Source: Felis catus
Taxonomy: Eukaryota
NCBI RefSeq assembly: GCF_018350175.1
Contig: NC_058383.1
Location: 18,168,001-18,232,000, forward strand
Reading direction: 5' to 3'
DNA length: 64,000 nt
A model generated the notes under the pieces. That model made no database searches. It was not told where the DNA came from and was given only the letters and a program-made list of their open reading frames with translations. Positions 25,151 through 55,783 of this stretch are shown here, in pieces. Both the position numbers and the translations under genes were made by a program. Every line of letters starts with the position of its first letter. Positions within the stretch are counted from its first letter, which is position 1.

Positions 25151-26048
25151 AAGTGGCTATGATCTGCCAGGTTCAGGTTAATCTTCATTGTGGGGACAGA
25201 GGAAGAACAAGAAAAGTCTGTGCCCTCAGGGAGTTTACATTCTGGTGGGGATAGAAAATATGAGGTATACAAATAAATGGAGACAGCCAGTGACGAGGTC
25301 ATCAAGAAACTAGGCAGAGACAGGGTACGAGCTTGGGTGGCAGGGAGGGCCTCTGTCTGAGGTCACTGTGGAACGACAGGACAGAGCCAGACAGTAAGCA
25401 ACTAGGGGAAAGCATCCAGATGAATCTTCTTTTTCCCCAAGCTCCCCTCAACCCAAGCCTTGGTCCAACTGTATCTCAAAGGAAACCAAATCCTGGAGAG
25501 TGACGTCCCCCTCCCCCTTTATTACAGAGGTTTTCAGAGCTGGGATAGACCAGACACAGGAGGCTGGGATGGGAAAGGATCTACTCGGCTCCTTCTCCCT
25601 TGGCCGTGGGACCGCAGGCTTCCTCTGGCCAGGGGCACAGGCCTGACTCCCCGCCTGTCGAGAAACCCGGCCCCTACCCCATCTCCCTCATTCAGGTGTC
25701 TCTGAAGCCTCAGGCCAAGCCAGACCCCAGAGCTGAGCCAGCAGGTGCGACAATGCCCGGTCCTCAGACAGGTCTCTTGGTGCCCTAGGAGCACTGCCCG
25801 TATGGGCGGGGCCTCCTGAGCATCCTTCCTGATTTGAAGTCCAGGTCCTGGGGAATCCTACTGGTGGGACTGGTCCTCAGGATTTCAGAGAACATGGCAT
25901 CACCAAGGAGGCCGACGCCCTTCCCAGCAGGCCGGACAACACATTAGGAAGACGTGAGCCTGGGACCTCGCGGGAGTGAGAGGGGGAGCCGCGTGGCACA
26001 GCGAGACTCCCAGGGCAGGTGGGCAGCCAGGGGCTGGAGGTTCCGGGG

Positions 26049-26194
26049 TCACTTCTTCCTGGCACGGTCCGCGGCGTCCAGGGCAGCCATGTTGCGGGCG
26101 GCTGTGATCAGGTGGACGACACTGATGAGAGACTTGAGCACCGCGATAGGGGCAGTGACCCAGAGGCCCACTCGGAAAAGACCCACAGAGCCAA
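26049..26194 (-). CDS. CDIPT: CDIPT exon 6 (terminal, coding part)
   Basis: tgcag|GSVGLFRVGLW...DRARKK TGA. Confidence 0.96.
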
Positions 26195-28654
26195 CTGCAG
26201 AAGGGAGCACGGGGAGGATACAAAGAAAATGGGATGCAGGTGAGGGAGAGGCCTGGGAGCTGGCGGCCTTCAGGCCTTCGTCACCCCGGGGCAGGCCAGG
26301 CCCCCCTCCCACGCTCCTGCCCAGCCCCTCGCCTCCTACCTAAAGGTCCCTCGGAGAAATTGAACAGGTAGAGGAGACAGTAGAAGAGCTCGTTTCCAGC
26401 ACACAGGGTAAACAGAGCGGGCTGCACAAACAGCAGATCGGCTGCTTCAGCAAGGGTAGTGCCGCCCCTCCCCCTGCGAAGGGAGGGGGGACCAGAACCC
26501 TCTGCGGATGGGTAGGGATGGGTAGCCGGGAAGAACCAGACCCGGGAAATGGGTGTGCAGGGTGGGGCAAGGGTGAGAGGAAAGAGCAATCTCAGCTCTC
26601 TCTTTATTGCTTCTCTCTTGAAACATCCTTTCAGACACGACCTCCGCTTCCAGAATAAAGCCCACACTTTATGGCCTAAGACTCCTTGCGCACTGGCTCC
26701 ACAGGCTAATCTGGCTTCGCTCTCTCCTTCCCTCCAGGGCAGGTTCCCCCTCTCTGGATGCACCTGCCCCTCTCTGGGTGCACCGGGCCTCCAGCCCACC
26801 TGCTGCCTGCACAAGTCCTCCTCACCAATCCTGCCCTCCCCTTCGTGCCTCAGCTTACAGGCCTCCCCTGCCCCCTCCGGAGAAAACTCTGGGTTGGTTC
26901 CTCCCTCCCGACCCCTAAGGTAGGACTAGGGCTGGGCCCCCCCGCAGGAGCTGAGGGAGCTGAGGGAATAAGGGAGGGGCAGGAAATGCTCACCCTGGAG
27001 GTGTAGTAGATGCGAAGCACAGGATTTCCAGACAGGTCGATCATCTTGTGACTCTCACTGCCTCGGACCACAGAACTTGGGGAGAAAGCAAGGGGAGTCC
27101 ATGAGCACTCCTGACCCATCTAATCCTCCTATCCACCCTCACGACGTAGGTGCTGGGATCGTCCCTGCCGTACAGAGGAAGTGGGGCACAGTGGCCTGAA
27201 GCCACACAATTACCTCGTTGGTAATTACCTAGCAGAGTCAGGATTCGAAGGCTGTTTCAAAAGCCCCCAGCTGTTATCTATTTGGAATTCTGGGACCATC
27301 CGGTCTGAAGAGTTTTAGGGATTGCTTAATTCAACTGCGAACAGGACCAAGAGCTGACCGACAGAGGATTTGCCCAGGGTCCTTCAACAAAGGAGAGCTG
27401 AAAGGGAGACCTCCCAGGAAGCCGGAAGCCGTCCCAAACACCCTCCCAGACAGCCTCCCCCCCTCCCCACTCTAGTTTCTTCTTCAGCTGGCCGGCACCC
27501 CCAGAATCGCAGACCTGTGGAGGTGCAGCCAGTGGCTGGCCACATCCAAGCTCATGCTGAGCTGGAAGAGAAGGGTGGCCCGTGGGTACAGCAGGGCCAG
27601 GTTGACCAGCAGACACATGGTGGAGCAGCGGTCCGTCAGCATGTCCAGCATGGCCCCAAACCGGGTCCCTGAAAAACGGGGGCTGTTAGGTGGGAAGGGG
27701 CCATCAGGGGCAGGGACCCGGTTTGCTGTGTCTTTCTGATGCAGAGTCTAAAAGAAGCCTGAAAATGTCACCACCTACTTGCCTGGGGAGGAAAACAGGC
27801 TGCTGCTATCCGTGCGGTGTGAGGTCAACGGACAAGGGTCACCATGCAGGAAATGCAGAGACACAGGAGCGTGTAGCAGGGCCTGAGAAGGCTAGGTCTA
27901 CAACTCATCAATCCCAGAATCAATGGTCCGGGACTCAAGACAAGCAGACTTAAAGTCTTAGGGGAAGTCTTGCTGGTGGGTTTGGAGAATAGAATAAAAA
28001 AAATCAACCCTCCAGAAACCATCCGTCTTCCCTCTCCAGTCTCCCTCTAAACATGCCTTCTGGAACCCCTATTCCTTGTGCCTGGCACACAGGAGACCCC
28101 CCAGCAAACACCTGTCGAGTGGATTTTTATTCAGAGAGACCTTCAGCACTGCCACTGCCACCTCGTCTTGCTTACCCCACACCCTATCAGTGAGTTCTTC
28201 TTCAGAGCCCGCTAAAATCCCTTCGGTTACAAAACCAGGCCATTCTGTTCTGCCTTCTAGAGATGGGAATGACGGAGCCCTCTGGTTCCGAGTACCCGCC
28301 CGCCCTAAGGTCCTCAGGAAGCAGGAAAAGGGGACCGAGGGTTGTCGGGCCCCAAGGCTGGTTGGGAGGAGGTGTCAGTCACCTTGATTAAGGGCTCGAG
28401 CAGCGTGTCCATCGAAAGCGTCCAGAAGTCCGCTGAGCAAGTAGAAGGAGGAGGCCGTGAGGGGGCAACAGGGCATGAAGTAGAAAGAAACGATGGCAAA
28501 GACAATCCGGGCATAACCTTAGGATGGACGGGGGCAGAGAGGGTGGAATCAGAGACCCCGCCCGAGGCCCCTCGCCCTCCCGTCCGGCCCGGAGCCGCGG
28601 GCAGCACTCACCGATGAGGTTAGGCACAAACAGGAAGATATTTTCGCCTGGCAT
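26049..28654 (-). CDS. CDIPT: CDP-diacylglycerol--inositol 3-phosphatidyltransferase (PI synthase), 6 exons, 642 nt, 213 aa: complement(join(26049-26194,26340-26421,26994-27075,27515-27668,28383-28517,28612-28654))
   Basis: MPGENIFLFVPNLIGYARIVF...; CDP-alcohol phosphotransferase motif DAFDGHAARALNQGTRFGAMLDMLTD; ends DAADRARKK*; canonical splice sites. Confidence 0.98.
26340..26421 (-). CDS. CDIPT: CDIPT exon 5
   Basis: PALFTLCAGNELFYCLLYLFNFSEGPL G|gtagga. Confidence 0.96.
26994..27075 (-). CDS. CDIPT: CDIPT exon 4
   Basis: SVVRGSESHKMIDLSGNPVLRIYYTSR|gtgagc. Confidence 0.96.
27515..27668 (-). CDS. CDIPT: CDIPT exon 3
   Basis: TRFGAMLDMLTDRC...SHWLHLH AG|gtctgc. Confidence 0.96.
28383..28517 (-). 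CDS. CDIPT: CDIPT exon 2
   Basis: YARIVFAIVSFYFM...DGHAARALNQ G|gtgact. Confidence 0.96.
28612..28654 (-). CDS. CDIPT: CDIPT coding exon 1
   Basis: MPGENIFLFVPNLI G|gtgagt. Confidence 0.96.
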
Positions 28655-30059
28655 CGCGGCGACCCCCTTGCAGCCCCGGGCCCGATCTGGAGGTGGCAAC
28701 TGAGTCCCAGCCCCGCCGCGCGGCCTCACCCTCCGGCCCGGCGCATCGGCAGCGCCAAGAGCGCGCAGCTCCCCGCTGTCCCCGCCCGGCCGCAGGTGTT
28801 AGAGCTCGCAGCCCGCCGGAGCACCGGCCGGCCCAGATGTGCGTCGGGCGCCGGGGCGCGCACACGCCGCCCTCCCCGGGGGGCAGGCCCTCGCGCCTCC
28901 AGCGGCCGCCCTCGCCACCCCAGCTGAGCCCCCACTTTGGAAGAAAAAAGGAAAAAAAAAAAAAAAAAAAAAAAGCTTAAAAATGGCTGCGGCCCCTTTA
29001 AGACCTGCCCGCTTCCTCTTCCTTTTCCTCCCTCCGCCCCTTTCTATCGGCGCGTACCAAAACGCAGAGGGAGGAGGGGGGCAAGGAACCCATGACGCCG
29101 AGGAGGGAACCGAGAAGGAGAGGTCAAAAGAAAAGGAGGCCCAGAGGAACTGCTTCTACTCTTCTCTCTCCGCAGGGTATAGCTTCCTGGAGACGAAGAC
29201 ACGGAGAAAATATTCCGCCCTCCTAGACCTACGCGTCCCTGAGATACAAGGTTATTTAGTACAGCCCACATGGTTTCTTCCCCGCCCCTGTCTCGCCCTT
29301 GCTCTCGCAGGCTCCAGGGAGCGAGAGAATGGCTAGAGAGGTTGGAAGGCGGCCGAGGGCGGGGTTGTTTCTTGCGTGCCCCTAGTGGTAGGAGGACTGG
29401 GTCCCAGGCACCACCTGTGATCTTACAAAGTTTTTCAGACTTCTGGTGCTGGGCCCAGCATCCCCAAGGAGGGACCCAGAAGGAGGTGGAGTGGAGACCA
29501 GAGGAGCGAACGCGACATGCTGGGAAAATGCTCCCCCTCCCCGGCCCCCGCCTTTGGTTCTAGAATCCCTAATATCCTGGCAACCGGGCTGCAGAACGTC
29601 CGCAGACACCAAGGGTTTTATAGCGACGGTAGCCGCACCACCCCGGTCCCCCCCTCTTTCCAACCTTCCTCCCCAGTGCCTACTCCCCGTCCCCTGAGAC
29701 CTAAATAGGGGCTCCTTAGCCCTCTCCGTTTACCTCTTCCCGAGACTTCAACTCCTGCCAGGTCTGGGCCGGCAAGCCAGCTGCCTTGATTTGGGAAGGG
29801 CCTTAGGTGGGAGGAAGGAGAGTGTCCCTGGGAGAGGTGGGGGTGGGGAGAGGATTGTTGTGAGCGTCCCTATTCCGCTCCCTCCCCCCAGGAAGATTTA
29901 AGGCAAGGATTTCCCCCACCCAGGGAGAGAACTGAGACAGCAGGATGGTTCACCTAAAGGCCTTATTTAAATCTGGCCCCGAGGAATGGTGGTGGGATGG
30001 GTCTGGGGGAAGTGGGCTGGTTTCTCAGCCTAACATAGGCTCCACCTGTTCCCAGGAGG

Positions 30060-33000
30060 ATGGCGTCCACACCTACCAGGAATGAGGAGGAAAAGGGCAG
30101 CAGGATGTCCCAAGCTGCAACCTCCTTGGGTGGAGGTCCAGTGAGCATGGGGGTGAGATGGAGTGGAGAGCTCCTAGGCCAGGGGTTAGAGTCTCCAGCC
30201 TTGAGAGGCTAGCTTCAACCCTGAGCCCATAGCCCCCAGCACTAGGCCCTCAGGTCCTCAAAGAAACTCCCCCCCACCCAAAAAAAAAACCACAACACCT
30301 CCCTACTTCCAGGGCCCCCTTTGTCAAATCTCAAGACTCAGCCCTCCAGTACCAGACTCCTTAGACCCAGAGCCCCAGCCTGGGAGCCCCCAGACCCAGG
30401 ACTCCCATGTGGGGACTCCTAGGCTGAGTCTCTCTGATTTCCCCTTTTGCAGGTTTCATTATCCCGTTCTGAGGAATTCCTGACCCAGATCAGCACAGAA
30501 CTTACTGATGAGGCCTTGTTTACCGCTGGCTACGGCACGAACCCTGTGCCCACCAAGGAAAAACAGACCCAAGACCGAGGGACTCAGATATCCAAACACG
30601 GTGACCCCACCTCCAGGACCACTGTGTCCAGAGACCCCACCATACCCCTAGTTCCAATCCCTGACCCCTCCCAACCACAGCTGAGCTCTCCAGCAATCTC
30701 ACGTCTCACAGCCCTCCCTGGGACAGCTTAGTGCTTCCCCGCACAACTCACCCAGTACCCACTCCCCACTGCTGGCCAGGAATCACCTCAGCCCCTTCCT
30801 CTCTAGCCACATCTCTTTCTGGCTAGAGGGGTAGGAAATTCTCTGACTGGGGCTTCTACTTCTAGTGTTCTTCAAGACCCGAGGCACCGACACCCGGTGA
30901 GTAAATCTTCAATGGAGATGCCCTTTGTCCTGGGAAAAGGATAAGGAGCCTGGAGGGGAGAGAGGGAGGGTTTGACAACATCCTAGCGGGGCAGGGGGAT
31001 TTTTAAACCGGGAAGTCCGATTCTCTTCTGGTCTGATCCTCAAATTCAGACTTCTCAGCCCTCCCCTTTCCGTCCGCCATCTCTAGTTCTGACAGAAACC
31101 GTACCCGCACCAAGACCCACCTCCTGCCATCCCCTCGTGACAAGGTTTGTACCGAGTCCATGAATGACAACGCCATTCAGTATTAACCGAACGTGTGGCG
31201 TTCACAGGCTATGCGAGTCCCCGTTTCAGGAGTTTGGGACCTAGAAACGAACGATACGGTCTCTGCCCCTGAAGAGTTCACGGTGTCATGTGGGACCGGT
31301 CAAGTAGATGGTCAGTTACAGCATAATATGTATAAGAGCCCTGTAATAGAAGTAATAGAAGTGTAATAGAAGTGGAAACAGTGAGAAGAGCCCTTATCCC
31401 AGCCGCAGTTGGAACAGCAAGGAAAGGAATCATGGGACTTCCTGGAGGGGGTGACACCGAAAGAAAGAATCTTCTAGGAAAAAAAAAAAAAAATGGATTG
31501 GTCAGCGTATTCCAAGTGGTAGGGCTTGCATGAGCGAAGACACAAAGGTGAGTCTCACTAGAGTGCATGGGAGTGTATGGATGCTTAGGGCAGGGGAGAG
31601 GGTGGGACCAGAGGCAGTTTAACTGTGGGAGGACTCAGGCAGGGTAGCCAGGGACTACTCAGAGACCTTATGTGTGCTTATTAAGATCAGAAGTCACTGA
31701 AGAGATTTGAGCAAGAGAGGCTGCAATTTTAGATCAGTCACTCTGGTGGTCAGTGGGGAGAATGACCTGGAAAGGGAAGACCGGAGGTGGAGGCCAGTTA
31801 GGCATTGTGCCAAGAGACTGAGTTGGTGATGATTAGGTCTCGAATTGTCACAGTGATAGTGTAGATGAGAAGAGGAGCAGATATGAGAAATAAAGACCAG
31901 GAAGACTGAGTTTGGTAATTGATTAGAAATGATAGGGGAACAAATAAAAGAGGAAATCAGATGACCCCTCCCTTTCCCCAGGTTTCTGACTTAGGTAACA
32001 AGTCTGATGACCTCATGCTTCTGCTCCGAACTCCACACTAGTTCCCCATTTCGGAGTAAAAGCCATAGCCCATCATAGCTTCTAAGGCCCTACATGATCT
32101 CTCTCCTTCCCCTTGTTTGCCCCTGTTCCAGTCATGCCAGCCTTCTCACTCTTCTTGGAGTATGGCAGCCATGCTCCCGCCTTTGGACAGATCCCACTCC
32201 GTGTGGAAACGTAGTGTAGATAGTTGGAAATACGGCTTCAAAACTCACTGGAGACATCTGGGCTGGCGACAGAAATTGGATTTCGGAGGGAGTTGGCAGT
32301 TGAAGGATGTGTGGTTGCCCCCAGAGGTGGGGGTTATGCAGAGTAAGAAAAAAGAGGACCCTGAGGGCAGAGCCCTGAAGAGTGTCTCCGTGTAAGGAGT
32401 TGGTGGAGGAGGAGATGGGGGTCATGAAAAGGAACTGACAGCAAATGTTTATTGAGTGTCTTGTTCGTGCCCGGTCCACCAGGTCTGAGGGATAGTCATT
32501 TCTCCAGGGCTGCTGCTTCAAATGTTCATGACCAAGACCAGAAGCACAAGAGAGCTGAGAACAATCCACTGTTCTTATCCTCAGGGAGCTGGCTTCCTAA
32601 TGCCTTTGGGACACTCGAGGTCTCCCAATTGGGCTTTGGTGTTAGAAGCAGCTTGAAGTAGCAGAAAAACCCTGGGTTAATCTGGTGTCAACCTGATAGT
32701 TAGCTTAGATAGGAAGCAAGTTGCTTTCTTCCTCCCCATGTGTCAAATGGGAGCCTTGGACAAGATGCTCTGTAAGGGCCCTACCTGCCCGTACAGTGGT
32801 TTCCTGCTTCTTCCCAAATGGCACTTGATTGAGAATTTCATCCTGAGCCAATACCCTCTCATCCCCCCAGGCAGCACCCCATGGTCCCAATGGATTTTTT
32901 CCTTCCTCAAGAAAGAACGTGGAAGCCTACAGACCTTTGAATTGCCCCTTGAAATATAGGTCATTGTAGGTGATTGAAATGTTGAGTGGGGGGATGGGTG

Positions 33001-33505
33001 AGTGGATGGAGAGGGTAGGCAAATGGATGAATGGATAAATGGTTAGGTAAATTCACTGAGTGTTCATTGGACACTTTCTATGTGCCAGCAGTGCTGTAGG
33101 GGCTGGAGGCTAGAAGTGAGCAAGATAGAGTCCCTGCTTTTGAGAAGTTTAAATGGGGGCAGAGTGATTAGGTGGAAGAGAGGTGAGTGAGTGGATGGAT
33201 GAATGAGGGATAGGTGGATGGGCAGACAGATGAGCAGAAAGATTGATGAAGAATGATGGGTTGATATGTGGATAAATACGTGGATGGATGGATGGATGGA
33301 TGGATGGATGGTGGGTGGATGGATGGATGGATGAGTGGGTAAATAGGGAATAGTGGATGCATAAATAGGTGAGTGGGGTATATGGGTTAGATGGATAGGT
33401 GAAGGATAGAAGGATAAGAAGACATGAGCCTTGGGTCCAAAGAATCAGAAGGCTCTTTTGCTTTTCTAGAGAGCTCTGCCTAGCAGCTTAACATCTGGAG
33501 GATGA
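30060..33505 (+). CDS. Putative intact protein-coding gene opposite CDIPT (CDIPTOS-like, about 117 aa): join(30060-30140,30453-30600,30866-30896,31087-31144,33470-33505); alternative last exon 33567-33602
   Basis: aggATGG Kozak; donors gtgagc, gtgacc, gtgagt, gtttgt; pyrimidine-rich AG acceptors; phases 0,1,2,0 all join without stops; AATAAA at 33728; position matches human CDIPTOSP and mouse Cdiptos. Confidence 0.72.
32990..33420. repeat. (GGAT)n-rich simple repeat
   Basis: Runs of TGGATGGA. Confidence 0.85.
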
Positions 33506-33727
33506 CCCCAACCCCCTTTGGTGCTGCTCTTGGCCTCTCAAGTCCTCCCCTGTTCTGTCCTTCTAGAACGTGCATCAGAGCTCCTCTTTCACGAGTCATT
33601 AACACTTCACTTTGCTGGGACTTCTGGTCATGAGCAACATACCCCTGGAAGCTTCCTAGGTGTTCAGGAACCATCACACACCTCTCCCCCTCAACTGGCA
33701 AGAACATCACCAGAAATCAAAGGCTTT

Positions 33728-33733
33728 AATAAA
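33728..33733 (+). terminator. Polyadenylation signal AATAAA of the CDIPT-opposite-strand gene
   Basis: AATAAA 130-220 nt after either candidate stop codon. Confidence 0.6.
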
Positions 33734-33828
33734 AAGACAGAGGTCCTTCCCTCCTCCCAACCCAGGTCATGCTCTGGAGTGACTTCTCTGGGGTGGGGAT
33801 ATGAGAGGGTGGCCCTATCTCCCCCCTC

Positions 33829-33886
33829 CTCCTTCCTTCCTTCCTTCCTTCCTTCCTTCCTTCCTTCCTTCCTTCCTTCCTTCCTT
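33829..33886. repeat. (CCTT)n microsatellite
   Basis: Perfect tetranucleotide run. Confidence 0.95.
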
Positions 33887-34266
33887 CGTCTCCTCCCCCC
33901 TCCTCCTGCTCCTTTTTTTGTTTTGCCAGATGTGTGGGCATATTGGTGGACAGGAATATTCCATATTATTGGAATGGCTTTAATATAGGCAGTCAACAAA
34001 CTGTTATCAGTCAACCTGTTGGCAGAGATGAGTTCATGGATCCAAACCCAGCCTCCTAGCCAAACTCCAACAGCTTAAGGTCTAGGCCTCTGGCATCTGA
34101 GAAGATACACCCTTGCTTCTGGCATCTGAGGAGCTTCTTTGCTACTAATGGCAGTGCTGAGGCCTCCCCTCCAAGCTCTGGGGCCTCATGCCTAGGGGAA
34201 CAGGTCACACTCATTATAGCCAGCTTTGTAGAGTTTGCATTTAAATCTGAGTTGGGGGGGGGGTTG

Positions 34267-34394
34267 GGGTGCACCTGGGTGGCTCAGTTGGTTAAGCATC
34301 GGACTGTTGGTTTCAGCTCAGGTCATGGTCTCACGGTTTCATGAGATCGAGCCCTATGTCAGGCTCTGCACTGCCAGCGTGGAGTCTGCTTGAG

Positions 34395-34434
<40 letters not shown>

Positions 34435-34730
34435 CCTCTCCCACTCGTGCTGTCTCTGTATCTCTACATAAAAACATAAAAACATAAATAAATAAATAAA
34501 AAATAAATAGAAACTTAAAAAAAAATAAATCTGGTCCGGTCACTTATTGGAGCCTCATGAGGAAGTCCATTCACATCTCTGAGCCTCAGTTTTCTTGTGA
34601 GAAAAATGGGAATAATTGTCCCTGTCTCACAGGGTCCTCGTAGGGGTTAAAAACAGAATGCATAGAAAGTGCTTAGCACAATGCCTGGCACAGAATAAAC
34701 GCCCAGAAATGCAGACTGTTATTATTAGTA
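34267..34730 (+). mobile_element. CAN-SINE (about 34267-34530) followed by a MIR fragment
   Basis: SINE head, (CT)n and A tail; MIR core CTCTGAGCCTCAGTTTTCTT...AAGTGCTTAGCACAATGCCTGGCACA. Confidence 0.8.
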
Positions 34731-35425
34731 AGATCAGCTTGCATCATGTTCTCCTAAATTCAACCTCCTTTTGAGTATTTCAGTGTCCTTTCGAGTGTCC
34801 TAAGAGTGTTTAATTATATTTAAATATAAAAATCTGAATTAAGTGAAATGCAATTAATTCGGAGACTCTTTAGACAAATGGGCTACAAATTCCTTATAAT
34901 GTTCAAAAGTGGATATGCCGGAAAAGGAAGCCCACAGGGTAAAAAACAAGCTCATTCTTTGTGAAATGCTACAAATCTGACCCTTCCTTAGTAGACGTGT
35001 AGCAGCAGATTAGGGGACAAAAGAATGGTATACTTGGATGGATACAAAAGTTCTCAAAAGGAGCTTGCATTTTAGGTACACTGGTTATGAAACAAATGGA
35101 AAGCTGTTTGCCTCCTGCCTACTGTCCGCCATCTCCTGACTAGGTGCTTCTGTACGAGCCTAGAAGCACCAAGCCCTGGCGGAGAGACAGCTGAGGCCCA
35201 GAGGGGGCTCAGCTTCCACTGAGGGTGAGACGAAAGCCAGGCTTTTTGACCCCTAGCCAACCCCCCTTGACATTGCCCTGTGCCCAGTCTTGGAACGCCA
35301 TCTTTTTTCCAAATTGTTCCCCTTTCCCCAGGCCTCTCTCCAGATGGGCCACCGTCACTGTGTCCAGCACTCTGTGACCCACCTTCCCACGCCCCACCAG
35401 CCCAGTTACAAATGGTGGTTTTCTG

Positions 35426-35431
35426 TTTATT
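35426..35431 (-). terminator. SEZ6L2 distal polyadenylation signal AATAAA (a proximal one lies at 35796-35801)
   Basis: TTTATT on + strand at both positions. Confidence 0.65.
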
Positions 35432-35960
35432 GCTCAAAAACAAAAATCCATAAGCAAAGGCGGGGAGATTGTGGGCTGGGAGACGGCATGAAGTGGGTAG
35501 GGGCCTTGTCCCTGTTTCCCCCCTACTTCTCTCTTCCTGTGACTCTCCAGAGCCCAGGGGTTAGGCCTGGGGCCAGAGCGTCTGGGAAGAGGCTTCACGG
35601 CCAAGGGAATGCAGAGCTCTCAGGCAGTCCTTTGGCAGGGGGTGGGGGTGGGGTTTGCCCTGGGCTGGAGGGGTCCCAGGAGTTGCGGGGGGCCGAGTTC
35701 CCCTCCCAGGGTCCAAAAGCCAGTAGGGCCAGAGGGGAGGGGCAGGCCCCTTGTTTGGCAACTGAGAAGAGGAGGCTTGGGCGGCAGGATGCTGGTTTAT
35801 TTACTGTAGGGTCCCCAAGGGCCATCAAAGCCCCCTCGTGGGTCCAGGAGACTATTTACACATCAGGGAGAAGGGGAGCCAGAGGCAAGGTCCTGTACTC
35901 CTCCCTGCCCAGAGGGGGAGGGGAGGGGTGTCCTGGGTCCTGCGGCCTTAGTCTTGGGGT

Positions 35961-55480
<19,520 letters not shown>

Positions 55481-55783
55481 AAGGGAGGGAGAGCTTAAAG
55501 AGGGGCGGGGAGGAGAGGGAAGAGAGGAGAAAGGAGAGGGGGAGACAGAGAGAGTGGGGAAAGGAGAGGCTGAAGGGGAGAGAGGAAACTGCCGGAAGGA
55601 GAAAGGAGAGGGGGTGGGGGAGGAGGAAGAGGAGAGTGTTGAAGGAGAAAAAAGAGGTAGAAGGAGAGAGAGAGAGAAGGGAAGAAAGAGAAAGGAGGGT
55701 TGGAGGTATTTGAAGGAGGTGAGAAAGAGGGAGCTAGAAGGTGAAGAGAAGACCTCAGAGGGAGACAGAACCAAGAGTGGGAA

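Larger units (their letters stand above)
28300..29400. promoter_or_regulatory. CpG island / bidirectional promoter of CDIPT and the opposite-strand gene
   Basis: High CpG density; YY1-like AAAATGGC (28980-28987); poly(A) tract about 28952-28974; GC box and ETS cores near 29010-29040. Confidence 0.8.

Noticed and set aside
28839..29336. 165-aa + strand ORF with poly-Lys and a signal-peptide-like MAAAPLRPARFLFLFL
   Set aside because: It runs through the poly(A) tract and core promoter, and its ATG is part of a YY1 motif. Splicing at 29250 to 30056 is out of frame with the 30060 ORF.
29372..29392. CTCF-like CCACTAGGGGCAC on the - strand
   Set aside because: One core position mismatched; cannot be supported without a PWM score or ChIP.
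30190..30425. CCCAG-rich stretch resembling an MSR1-type minisatellite
   Set aside because: Too degenerate to define a unit by eye.
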